Source of the DNA: a virus
Virus record (IMG/VR): IMGVR_UViG_3300035698_006513
DNA length: 64,000 bases
Direction: 5' to 3' (one strand)
How positions within the stretch are numbered: the stretch's first letter is position 1; the number at the start of each line of letters is the position of its first letter. Positions 8,627-19,800 of the stretch are shown here, piece by piece. Position numbers and translations under genes: made by a program. The notes under the pieces are model-generated. The model worked only from the letters and a program-made list of their open reading frames with translations, ran no database searches and was not told the origin of the DNA.

Positions 8627-9159
8627 ACATCCATGTTTTGGAGAGATTCATCGATAAGTTTGACGGTCTCCTGCATATAGGCAGTGCCGCCAGAAAAAGG
8701 TCCCTCTTTTATAATGCATGACATGCAGAAGGGGGACACTTTTTTAGCCATATCTGGACTGATGTCGATAGCGAATGATTTATTACGAGGTCCGTAATAC
8801 TCTATCTTCATACCATTACTAGAGTACCTACTTTCGAGAACCTTGTAGATCTCTTCTGCAATTGCTTCGTCTGCGTGTACATTAAGGCAGCGCATAGCTT
8901 TGGTACGGCCCTTAAAAAACACGTTGATCACTGTGGGGTCGAGGTCTTGATGTACACCTGCTATAATATCTTTCCCTTCAAAACGAGCCCCCATCTCAGC
9001 GCCCCAATGAACCTCGTCCACACTACCTACGTTATCCTGTACGCTGGATTTTTCGTTGTCCGTAGTAGACATCAGAGGTGCGTCAACTTTAGTAGTCATC
9101 CACGCATCTGTCCTCTGCTGTAATCCATCATTGCTCAAACTCATCGGTCTCCAAGCCAT
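8623..9159 (-). CDS. Hypothetical protein
   Basis: 178-aa ORF coupled to the upstream minus-strand genes. Confidence 0.6.
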   Translation of the reverse strand: MAWRPMSLSNDGLQQRTDAWMTTKVDAPLMSTTDNEKSSVQDNVGSVDEVHWGAEMGARFEGKDIIAGVHQDLDPTVINVFFKGRTKAMRCLNVHADEAIAEEIYKVLESRYSSNGMKIEYYGPRNKSFAIDISPDMAKKVSPFCMSCIIKEGPFSGGTAYMQETVKLIDESLQNMDV

Positions 9160-10000
9160 CGTCTATTCCTATTGGTGAGTCCGGACCAGTTCCCAGATCC
9201 GTACGGTCCTGTATTGCCCGTGATTCAGTTGTTCGCAGAGGCTCTCGTTTTTCTAAGAACCTCTTCAGCCTATCGATAGCAGTGTTCATACTCTCACTAC
9301 CCACGGTCTTTGAATTCTTCCACATCCGCGTCAGCGTATTAGCCAACGCTACGATGCGTTTATCTGTATTATCATTGAATGGTTGACTTGACAGCATAGC
9401 TATACGCATACCAAGTTGCGCCATCGCAAGAGTGTGGTACTCATCCGCAGACTGAGTACTACCTAAGCCCAGTCGATTAAGTACTGCATCCCTGCCTCCA
9501 ACCAACGCCTCTATGTAAAAACCGTTACCCTTAGATTTGTGTAGGAAACTGAGCATCTCAGCCCCAGACAACAAATTTGGATTCCAAAAATAATGTTTGT
9601 ATAGCCGGATGTCCCTAACTGTAGCGGACTCAAACTCCACCTCCTTACGGAGGATGTTAGCAATATCGTGTTGGGACATCCCACCTAGCAGCATCTTCTC
9701 TATACTCTCCCGTTGGCGTGGGTACATCAGTATCTTTTCTGCAATACCCAGTTCTGCCCTACGACGAAAGTATAAGTGGATACCTTGCGTACGCAGCCAC
9801 TCCTCTGTTGTATCCGAAATGTCTTGACGAAAGTCCTCCACCGTAAAGTCCCCTAACATCCTGCGTGCAGCTAAGTACACACGGGCGTCAGGAACCATAA
9901 TCCTACGGTAAAACAATTCGTCTGTCACCTGCGTATCCGTGTTTCCTTCGCAGATTAGACACTTTATAAAATACAGAGAGGGGTGGCTGGACGCTTGCAT
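9128..10000 (-). CDS. Hypothetical helical/HTH-containing protein
   Basis: 290-aa ORF abutting 10001; GGMSQHDIANIL HTH-like segment. Confidence 0.6.
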   Translation of the reverse strand: MQASSHPSLYFIKCLICEGNTDTQVTDELFYRRIMVPDARVYLAARRMLGDFTVEDFRQDISDTTEEWLRTQGIHLYFRRRAELGIAEKILMYPRQRESIEKMLLGGMSQHDIANILRKEVEFESATVRDIRLYKHYFWNPNLLSGAEMLSFLHKSKGNGFYIEALVGGRDAVLNRLGLGSTQSADEYHTLAMAQLGMRIAMLSSQPFNDNTDKRIVALANTLTRMWKNSKTVGSESMNTAIDRLKRFLEKREPLRTTESRAIQDRTDLGTGPDSPIGIDDGLETDEFEQ

Positions 10001-12091
10001 TTACTTATCCTGCAGGTTGAAAGGAAGCATGTCCAGAGCTTCAGTAATTTGGTCGAAGTCGTCAATACAACGCTCAACCACTAGTTCTGGAATACCGGGC
10101 ATACCAATACGAGTATAGAGAAGTAATGAACACAGTGTAGACAGTGACTTCTCTAACATAGGCTTCTCGCGAATAAACGTAGAAGCAGTCTGTTGATTTA
10201 CCAGACCAAGGGACAAGATACTGTCCACCGTTTCTTGTTTAGGTAAGACTGGTGCAGCGAGTTTGAAGTGTTGATAGAACATCTCACGTGCACCAAGAAC
10301 AGCAGCAGGTCTACCCTGCATATCAGAGGAGAACTTGCACAAGTGCGCAGCCTCATTAACAAGGAACTTAGGCTTGAGTGTATCAAGTGCTTGAATGTCA
10401 GCAGCAATCTTATCTATCTGTGCTGTTTTTTCTGCTGTTGTGCGTGTGATGTGTAACCTTCCAGGAACTAGTACATCTTCGCCTTGGAACCTTGACGCCT
10501 TCTTTATTATGTCCTTTGCGTCTCGTACATCCGTACCACAACTGACCAATAAGAAATGTGCAGCTTGTTTATTCAAGCCGTGCGTTTCTAATTCGTGGAG
10601 CGCCTCGACAGGGGGGCCGTCGATGTTAAACAAGCCGTTGTGACAGGCTATACTTACTGTACTAGAGTCTTGGTAAATAGCTGCTTGCGCTGTCTTCATG
10701 ATCTCACCTGGCATCAGGAGCTCAACAGTAGAGCCCATAGGTAAGAACTCGATGACTTGGGGAATACCAAACATAGCCTCGCCCAGAGGAACGACTCTCA
10801 GAATTTCAGGGGTGGGTTGCAGTGTGATAGGGGTACCAGTCATAGCGTCCACACAAGAGTACATAGCTGATCCGTCAGGAAGAGCCCCTGTACCCTGTAT
10901 TTGTACTGGGCCGTACGCTTGGATGTCCCCATCATTACGTGTGAGGAAAAATCCTAAGTCTTTGGGCGTAGTTGTGGTTGGGGGGAGATGCCCTGAGCCT
11001 TGCTTAATACCTGCAATCTGAGGCTGCAACGTTCCCGCTGTACCATTAGCAAACACAACAGCATCTCGAGGCTGCCCATCGAAACCTAACGTATTTGGTG
11101 TAGCCCATCCAGTTATTTTATCCCCTTCGGGTGTAAACACTAGGTATTCCCCCGTACTAGCTATAGGGGAAGATGGGTCTTGTTTGGGGAGGGTTGGGAT
11201 ATGCACAGGTGCCTGTGTAGGCATAGTGTGAAATCCATACTCTTCCATATCAGCAGCAGCCTCTGGCGGCATAACTTCTTGTGCTGCTTCCGCAGGAATT
11301 TCTTCTGCTATTTTATGGAAATGTTCCCGGTTAGCGTGTATTACGCGTACACGATTAGAGCCCATTTTCTCGAACTGCATAACTGTGGGTACGTGCGTGC
11401 GATTTGTATCGTTTACGCTAGGGGGAATGCGTGTGCTTACACAAGATGCGAGTTTCTCAACCGCTTCAGGACACACTGCTTTGACGAACACGAATACATT
11501 CTGCTGTGCTACTTTCTCTTGTAGCTCCGCAACTTGCTGCATGTTGCCTGCTGCTGCGCTATCGTCTAACGCACTACCTAACAAGCTGGCAGTCTTAGTT
11601 CCAGGGTAAGCACCGTAAAAAGATCTACCTGGAGGTATCAAGTCAGAAAAGTATGATGTGTCTGTGGTGAGTTGTGTGTTGTCGGGGCTGACACTGGCTA
11701 CAGTGGGATCCAACATCTTACGCTCCATGCGTTTCTGTGACGCAGGAAAGTACAGATCTCCATCGGTGGCCAGATCCAGTGGGGCCAGTTGTAACCCGCG
11801 AATAACAAATGGAAGATAGAAAAGAGGAGTGTCCGTCTCTTCCGTAACCATATCTATATGCGCTACTGGTTTACGTACTACAACTCTACCTGAACCGACG
11901 CCAGTTTCTGGGGAAGACTTTATGATTTCAGCGCGAACATCGTACCCAGACAGGAAAGGGAACGCACGAAAAGTTTCTGCTACAATTTCCCCTACCCATT
12001 TAGGTTCATCTTCTGATAGTACAGTAGGTACGCCTGCCTCTTTACTTAGATACTCAACGGGAGGAGGGGTAATATATAGACTCTCTTTCAT
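10001..12091 (-). CDS. Large virion/head-associated protein rich in K-x-A motifs
   Basis: 696 aa; SKEAG, TKTAS, EKVAQ, EKLAS, HKIAE, MKTAQ, NKQAA, EKTAQ, DKIAA, FKLAA; AGGAG RBS. Confidence 0.7.
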   Translation of the reverse strand: MKESLYITPPPVEYLSKEAGVPTVLSEDEPKWVGEIVAETFRAFPFLSGYDVRAEIIKSSPETGVGSGRVVVRKPVAHIDMVTEETDTPLFYLPFVIRGLQLAPLDLATDGDLYFPASQKRMERKMLDPTVASVSPDNTQLTTDTSYFSDLIPPGRSFYGAYPGTKTASLLGSALDDSAAAGNMQQVAELQEKVAQQNVFVFVKAVCPEAVEKLASCVSTRIPPSVNDTNRTHVPTVMQFEKMGSNRVRVIHANREHFHKIAEEIPAEAAQEVMPPEAAADMEEYGFHTMPTQAPVHIPTLPKQDPSSPIASTGEYLVFTPEGDKITGWATPNTLGFDGQPRDAVVFANGTAGTLQPQIAGIKQGSGHLPPTTTTPKDLGFFLTRNDGDIQAYGPVQIQGTGALPDGSAMYSCVDAMTGTPITLQPTPEILRVVPLGEAMFGIPQVIEFLPMGSTVELLMPGEIMKTAQAAIYQDSSTVSIACHNGLFNIDGPPVEALHELETHGLNKQAAHFLLVSCGTDVRDAKDIIKKASRFQGEDVLVPGRLHITRTTAEKTAQIDKIAADIQALDTLKPKFLVNEAAHLCKFSSDMQGRPAAVLGAREMFYQHFKLAAPVLPKQETVDSILSLGLVNQQTASTFIREKPMLEKSLSTLCSLLLYTRIGMPGIPELVVERCIDDFDQITEALDMLPFNLQDK

Positions 12092-12103
12092 AATAGTCGT
12101 CTC

Positions 12104-12409
12104 CTATGACACTGTGCCTGAGCCTTTTCCTTCTGCGACTGTACCTGACACTGTGCAGGCAACATCAACAGAAACGGTTAATTCTTGTATTATAGCATAC
12201 AACACATCCGCAAAAACTGCAGCTAAATCATCTACTAACTCTTCCGGCGGTGAAACTAGACCAGTAGTAGGTGTTACTGCATACCTAGGGTTGCCTTCAG
12301 CATCTTCAGTTTTGCTTACAGCCGCACCGGTAATTCCTGCAGGTTTAGTGAGGGCAGTTTTTAAGTGCGTACGCGCTATTGATACTATCTGTGCTTTGCT
12401 GATGGACAT
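12104..12409 (-). CDS. Small protein coupled to the baseplate spike gene (possible spike tip)
   Basis: 1-nt overlap with the spike gene; C-terminal GKGSGTVS. Confidence 0.55.
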   Translation of the reverse strand: MSISKAQIVSIARTHLKTALTKPAGITGAAVSKTEDAEGNPRYAVTPTTGLVSPPEELVDDLAAVFADVLYAIIQELTVSVDVACTVSGTVAEGKGSGTVS

Positions 12410-13545
12410 TATTGTAACACCACTGATTTAGATAACATGGTTGGTAATGTTGCACCTTGCGCAGGAGGTGCGCCAAAGGTGGGGTGGCCATGTGTAGCCA
12501 ACCACTGTAGCAACTTCAATCCTAATACTGCAGGTTCTGTAGGATTCGTACCCAACATAATAGATTTAGCTGATATGTGTTTGGATGCCTTTAGTGTCTC
12601 TTTACTTGATACCGCCTCTACAGTGTGTGTGCCTGCCCTAGATATAAGCTTGATGCTGCCGCCGCGAGATTCAAACTTAATGTCGGTAGTAGCAGTTGCT
12701 GTGTACCCTTTGCGAGATGTTAGTGAAACATTACCAGTTACTGTAGTAGTGGATGCATCTAATATAGAAGTTTCTACTGTTCCGTACTCGCCTATAGTCA
12801 TCTTGAATTTACGTAACAATGGGTTCGTACCTACCACTAATTCTACAGCAGCTCTCTCTAGGGTAGTAGGGTCCATAATATCCAGACCGCCCATACTTAG
12901 CGTGGCAATAGCACCTGCGTCTTGTCCGAACTTCTTCGCCGCAACACGAAACACACTACGTGCGCCAGTAGCAGATGACATAGCGCTGTCGTCAGTAAAC
13001 CAAGATAACTCCCCACCTCTGGTGGTCATCAGCCAAGTCTTACATAGATCCTCAATTGCACCTCTAGCGCGTATGTATACGCGCTGGCACTCTTTAGAGG
13101 AAACAATCTCAATGTTGCCACCCCTGCGAAGTATCATCCTGTTATCATCACGCGTCCACATAATGATGTCACCTGGATTCAACTCGCGTCTGCCTGAAGA
13201 CCACTCTAGTGACTTATGTGCAGGAGAACTGAATCCAAGTATCACAGGAAAAGAGTCATATGGATGCCACAGGGTCCAGCAGGTAGCTCCCACCTCGGGT
13301 ATAAAATCTATACCTCCTCCGTCAGGGTGTCTGTACGGAGTAGACCAAGGAACGCCCTTGGCGTAGAGTGTTCCGGGACCTTCTGATATTATATCTACGG
13401 AGTAGCCCTTGGTGTCTACTGCAATAACTTTGGACTCAACCACAGTTATATCAGAGGGGCCTATGTTGGTAGGATCACCCAAAATTACCTCCCGTAAAAC
13501 ACGTTGGTGTTCTGCGGATGCACAATAGAGTCGCCCGCGTTCCAC
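12409..13545 (-). CDS. Baseplate central spike (gpV/gp5-like: OB fold, beta-helix, C-terminal HxH)
   Basis: OB-fold GIDFIPEVGATCW...PVILGF, repeated beta strands, terminal WLATHGHP metal-binding motif. Confidence 0.75.
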   Translation of the reverse strand: MERGRLYCASAEHQRVLREVILGDPTNIGPSDITVVESKVIAVDTKGYSVDIISEGPGTLYAKGVPWSTPYRHPDGGGIDFIPEVGATCWTLWHPYDSFPVILGFSSPAHKSLEWSSGRRELNPGDIIMWTRDDNRMILRRGGNIEIVSSKECQRVYIRARGAIEDLCKTWLMTTRGGELSWFTDDSAMSSATGARSVFRVAAKKFGQDAGAIATLSMGGLDIMDPTTLERAAVELVVGTNPLLRKFKMTIGEYGTVETSILDASTTTVTGNVSLTSRKGYTATATTDIKFESRGGSIKLISRAGTHTVEAVSSKETLKASKHISAKSIMLGTNPTEPAVLGLKLLQWLATHGHPTFGAPPAQGATLPTMLSKSVVLQ

Positions 13546-13883
13546 GCACCCTTAAGTGCACTGGCTGCAGTTAAACCTGCGGCACCTAAAATACCAGCAC
13601 CCATTAAGGGTCTTTTAAACTTCTTAACACCTTCCCACGCTGCACCTAAAGCAGGACGTATTTTCTGGGACATACCCAAAGTCTCATTACCCAACTCTTG
13701 TGCAGCATGAGCAGATCTGGCGGCGAACGAGTCTGCTACGTGCCCGCCCATAGTGCCCGCTTCCGTACCCCAGAGAGAAGGAACGTCTTTAATACCTTGA
13801 CCAATATGATGGAGGACACCAGGAGAAGCACCCTCTGTAGCCAATTTCTTCAGCGTATCTATATATGCAACATGCTCATTCAT
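13485..13883 (-). CDS. Small Gly/Ala-rich K-x-A protein
   Basis: MNEHVAYIDTLKKLA followed by hydrophobic GAGILGAAGLTAA. Confidence 0.6.
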   Translation of the reverse strand: MNEHVAYIDTLKKLATEGASPGVLHHIGQGIKDVPSLWGTEAGTMGGHVADSFAARSAHAAQELGNETLGMSQKIRPALGAAWEGVKKFKRPLMGAGILGAAGLTAASALKGAWNAGDSIVHPQNTNVFYGR

Positions 13884-13897
13884 AACTAACCTCGTGT

Positions 13898-16800
13898 TTA
13901 GTACGCCCAGGGTTTATCTGGTGTGCCTTTACCAAATTCCTTACCCCATACCAGTGCAGGTATTGGATGGCTGCCGTGTATATCAGATTCCCACCCTTGG
14001 AGGGCAGCGTCTGTAAACGTGGACTTTAACTTCTCATAGTTTGCGCGAGCTAAGAAATCTTCTGTCTGTACCAAAGGTAGCACATTCACCCCTTTCAGTA
14101 CAGGAACTGATTTTATGTCTGCTCGCTGCTCTTTATTTAACTTGTTGATGGTAGGTGTAGTCAGGTAATCACCATGTGTGACTCCAGACGCATTACCAGG
14201 ATCAACTACTTCGGCCAAATCCGTCAGTGATTTAACGACCACTTCGACGTTCTTTCTATTGTAGGGATTTGTCCTAAATAACTGGCTGAGCTCGTCAGTC
14301 AAGTACGCTCTTACTTTTTTGATACCATTCTTGGGACCGTGTGCCTGCATCAGCTCCCGCGGATTAACGAACCCCGGAGACAGTGACTGACCCCTCTTCA
14401 CAATATCCCCGTCTTTCACTGTGGGACGGAATTGTGTCTTGTGGTCCTTACCATCTACTGTCACCAAAAATCCTCCAGTGGGAGATTTTCTGACATTGGA
14501 TACCTTACCACTGCGCATACCTAATGTTGTAGCATTAGGTAGCGTGGAGGGGAATGTTGTCAGCTGTGTTGCGCGTTCAAACTGCGACACAGACTTTGCA
14601 CCTCCGCCCTTGGCCACACCACCTTCGTGGAATGCATTCATGGATCCCTGAGACAAGGGCTCACCTATAGCTTGGCCTGCAATGACCCCTATATTCACAC
14701 CAGGATTGTGTAGCTTGCCTTCTTCGTTAAGACCGAAACACTTCGAGCATATACCATCATTGTGTTCGCACTTTAGCGGACTACGTACAACAATAGAGTT
14801 TATGTGGTCTTTGCCTTTGGTAAGTGATTTCTGTAGATCTTTGTCTACCAGAGTTCCTGCTTCGTACACATGCCCGTCCGCGGATACTGATTTGCCTAAG
14901 TATCTACCTATCGTATGCGGATCATTTGCTTTCATAAGCAGACCCTCAGTTGTACCGCAGTCATTCGCGCCTATGATCTGATGCATTGTGGTGTTGATAA
15001 TTTTCTTAGACATAGCTCCCGGATCGGAAGTACCTGTGGCTCTCTGCACAATACCCTTACGCGCACCATGTTGAGTTTCCCAATGAGAACCAAAGTCCAA
15101 CCCCTCTGCATATGAGCGTGTCACGGGATTTTCTCTTGTACGAGAAAGACCATCCTGCACTAACATAGGGGCACCTAACATTTGACGCATCTGCGCTACG
15201 GATCCACGTGCACCAGACGCATTCATATGATAAATGGCGTTGTCCGTGTCTTTAAATTTGTTATTCATTGCGTCTAGTAGTGAATCAGTAGCATCATTGT
15301 ACACACCTATAACGCGTTCCCGTTTCTCGTCTTTACTGATACCTTTCTTTGCGCGGATAGCTGCAGCTTTTTTGTGTGCGGCCTTTAACAAAGGGTCTCT
15401 AACATCTGCTGCGGAACTAAGGTCCTTGATTGATATAGTACGACCGGTTCTATACGCAACATGGTTTCCTTGTTTCAACATACTCTGCACCGTTCGAGGA
15501 TACTCTTTGGGGAACTCGCGTGCAACTTTGTGTAACATTCCTCGCATACGAGACTTGTTGATAACGTACTCTGGGTTAGTGAGGTGTTCACCTCCCCGCA
15601 TACTTTCGGGTAACATGTCATCAATAAGTAAACGTCCTGCAGTAGTACGCATATCGCCTACCCCCACAACGTCATCCATATTTATCTTACCTGCAGATAA
15701 CGCCTGCTGTGCAGCATCTCTGTTTTTGTAGCTCTTATTCGTTTTCTTCCCCCACTTACTCATATGGTACAGACCCCACACGGCCTCTTGCGAAGGTTTG
15801 TGTGCAGGTTCTCCGTGAGTAGTGTTGAACAATTTCTTACTAGGTAACATGTTCTTGGCTTCTTCTATACCACCGGGAGATACGGGTACGAATGCAGCCA
15901 TCTGGTCACCATCGAAGTCAGCGTTAAAACCTTCACACGATAGTGGGTGAAGCCGGATAGCATCCCCGTCTACTAGTACAGGTTTATATGCCATTACACT
16001 AAATGCGTGCAACGCGGGGTCGCGTTTCAGTAGAACAGGATGAAATTCTTCCTGCCCCATACCGTTTTTGCGGCGCATCACATGTTCTAACGCTTTGTAC
16101 GCTTGTGGGTCACCTGAGTCTATCATGTCTTGTGCTTTACGGGCCAAGCCACGGCGCTTCAATTCCGCCTTAACCAACGGAGTAAACATCTTGAGCGCAG
16201 ACTTCTTTGGTAATCCTACCTCATCCATGTCTAGATCAGCACCTACCGTGATTGTGGTACGCATGGATAAATCTTGGCGTTTAGAGACTAACTTGTCCTG
16301 GAAGAATCCCTCTTTAGGTTTCTTGCCTGCAATCAACTCTAAGATACCTAATGTGTCTTCATTCTCTCTGGGGATGATAGATCTGTCTTCTTTATACGGT
16401 CGACTCTCGCCTCCGAACAGTTTCCACACTTGGCCTAACAGCGACCTACGTAATTTGGTCTTCTCGGTAAGAGGCATAAGCGGGTGGAACGTTTTCAATT
16501 GGTGATTAGTCAACCCTACGTATTTGTACAGGCCATTGAGAGAAGACCGGAAAGGACTGTTGTCGTCTGTAGCTAATACCGGTCTGAACTTCGGAGGCAT
16601 GACAGGAATACGTTTCAGCATGTACGACGTAGCTGGTAGTTTTTCGTTATCCAGCGCACGTAGATACTTGACCTTGTTTATCAAGGGACCTCTGGCACTA
16701 GCCGAAGCATTTTCTAACGCACCTTTGGCACTAGCTAACTCACCCTTCACATCAAGGTTATTCAACATGCTGTACAGAGCAGCGCCGCCAGTAGTAGCAC

Positions 16801-19800
16801 CTTCTGTTTCGGGGGCCACTAACTTACCGTCCTTCATCCCCTTTTCGCCCACAGATAAATCGATAAGCTCTTTGCGTTTGAGGCCAGTAAGCGCCACAGC
16901 ACCCTTAAAAAATAAGGGGTTTATCACAGGCTCAGATAACGTCATGTGCGACCACTTGGACCCATTCAATCCGCCAGTTAGGTGCCTATCAAACAATCCC
17001 CCGACCTCTTCTTTGTCACCAAATAATTGAAGCCAAGGTTTACGCAGTTCCCCTGCGGATAGTTTTTCTATCTGACTATCCATGAACGGGAGCATCTTGA
17101 GTTTATGCCCACGCTTTTCTAAATTCAGACCTACGCCTCGTAGGTACGCTTTGAATTTATCTACTGCGAATGACTGTTGGGGTGGGGGAATGGGCATCCC
17201 TCCTTCGATAGCTTCCCACAAACTGTCATTGCGGTTGGACGTGTATGTAGCCTTTTCCTTTATTAGATCACGTGCTCCGTGGGCTAGTAGTGCGTATAGA
17301 CCATACTGATCCATCTTCTGTGCACCAGTCTTTCCACCGCGTTTGGGAGCTTCATTTATATCGTATGCTCCGCGACCACGTACCGCTTGTTTCTTTTCAA
17401 TTTGTTGGTGTAGCTTCAGTATGTACTGAGGACCTATCCCTATCTGACCCAGACTCGTACCGTCTTTATCAAATAGCTCTTCTGTAGGAACGCCATTATG
17501 CTTATCTAGTTCTGCAGCTAAGTCCTTAGACCTATCAGAAAACCCGTGGTAATGATCCGCAACATATGGCTTGCCTGTTTTCTCTGCTATCTTACCGGCA
17601 GCAAGTTCTGACACTTGCCCCAGATTCATACGGGTTGGTACGGTAGTTGGGTTCATGAGTACTTTGACTGCGCGTCCGTCTTTTGTGTGAGGCATGTCCT
17701 CATCAGGCTTTACCTTAACTACAATACCTTTATTTCCGTGACGTCCAGATAACTTGTCCCCTTCGCGCATAGGTTCTTCTGTACGCACGTACGCAGTAAC
17801 ATATTTACCTTTACGTACAACGTCTACCACTTTTCCTGTGGCGTCCTTGTCCCAAATTTCAGACTTATCATCCATTGGGCGGAACAGGACTTTCTTCATC
17901 TTTTGTAGGGAACCTGAAGTAGTATTAGATGTGGACTTGCGTAATACAGACATGATGGTATCACCAGGTGTAAGTTCCTGCCCAACTTTTATTACCCCCG
18001 TATCATCTAACTTATCTTGTTGTCCATGAGTCATAGCGTCTTTATAATAGCGGAGGAAGTCCCTCTTATTAAGAGTTGTGTCTTTGCTGATCTCTGTAGT
18101 GAATCTGTACAGGTGTGGAGATGTCATTTCATCCGCAGCACTCTGTGAGATAACTACTCCATCCTCAAAGTTCTCCCCACCAGAGGGCATAAACGCAGTC
18201 AGCATATTACGTCCCATAGCAAGCACACCATCTTTTGTGTAGTTGGTGTCTGCTAAGGTTTGCCCTGACTTAACTTTATCACCCACTTTGACTAAAGGTT
18301 CTGCGTGCATAAACACACCGACCTTAGCATCGTTTAGGGGGTAGTTATTATAGATGGGTACAACAGTATCCTTACCCTTTTTACCACTTATAGTAATGTT
18401 ATCTTTAGTGATTCTGGTAATGGTACCAGCTGTCGGTGATGTGTGTGACGCAAACTCACCGTACACTTCTTCTACAGATTTACCGTTACCTGCGTTGGAC
18501 TGTACTAAGGGGGCCTGCCTCCTGACCATAGGTATAGCTTGACCCATTTGTCTACCGGACATCATAATACGCGCACCATGATTCTGGTTCACAAATGGTA
18601 CAGCAGATGAGATAGGTCCCATAAGTGCCGGAGCAGATGGTAATATGTAGTCTACGCTTTTAAGACTAACCTGCTGACGTTCACCACCAACATCAGCCCA
18701 CACCGTTTTATTACTACTGGTAGGCTTACCGTCTTTCCACTTGAACTGATCAGGGTATGCAATTTTATTATTGTCATGAAGTTTGATGGGGTCTATCAAA
18801 CTCATACTCTTCTTCTTAGCGTCCCATATCGGGGTAAGAAGTTTGTTGTCTTGTTTTACCACTCCCATAGGAAGATGCTGAACTACACCTGTTCTCTTGC
18901 TCTCTGGGGTATGCGTAGGATCCAAGAATCCTAGGTGCGTTTTATCTATAAGTGTGTTTTCTGGTATGATTTGGTCTTCTGATGTGATACCACCAGATCC
19001 CATCAGAGTAGTCTGTCTTTGATCAGATAACATACTGAGTGGGTTTATTTGACTACCTAGAAGAGTACGTGTGTCTTGTGTGAAGAAAGATTTGACAGGG
19101 AGATTAAACGTCCCCGGAGACATTATCTGCCTAACGTCCGTCTTCTTATCTAAGTTATTCTTAACTCTGCGCATGATTTCGCGACGAGAGTTCTTTATCT
19201 TCTCAGGTATATGGTCTTCTACACTCCACACTTCCTTGAAACCCAAGTCCTCAAGATTATCTACTACGTCTTCATCTCTGGCAACACGGTACAACTTAGC
19301 TGCAGCTGTAGTAAGAAGGTCACCACTGACGGAGGTAAATGCCTTACCTAATGTCTTTTTTGTAGTGTCGCCATAAAGTTCCGTGGTAGCGAAACTTGCC
19401 TTAATACCTTGTATAGCCTCTTCCATGTTTTCCGGCTTCTTGCGATTAAGGGCTTCGTACATCTTATAGATTTCGTTAGCGCCTTTATCCTTCTTCCCCT
19501 TACCGCTAGTAATTGCAGAGCGGTTGATGGCTAGTGTGTCTGCTCCCCACTGGGAAGATATATCATCGTCCGACATACCCATCGCCCGAAGTACGGGGTA
19601 CAGATGTATGTTCTTTTTACTGCCACCACCTGTAGGATAGCTCAACATCATATGACCATTGTCATGCATGTCTAGACTAAACCCTACACCTTGACGCAGA
19701 TTGAACTGACTAGTGAGTTTCCCATTCTGTCTACGTTTAGCGTAAACGCCTGACTTTAACCTGAACTGATTTTGTACGTACCTACCCTGTCCGCGTACAA

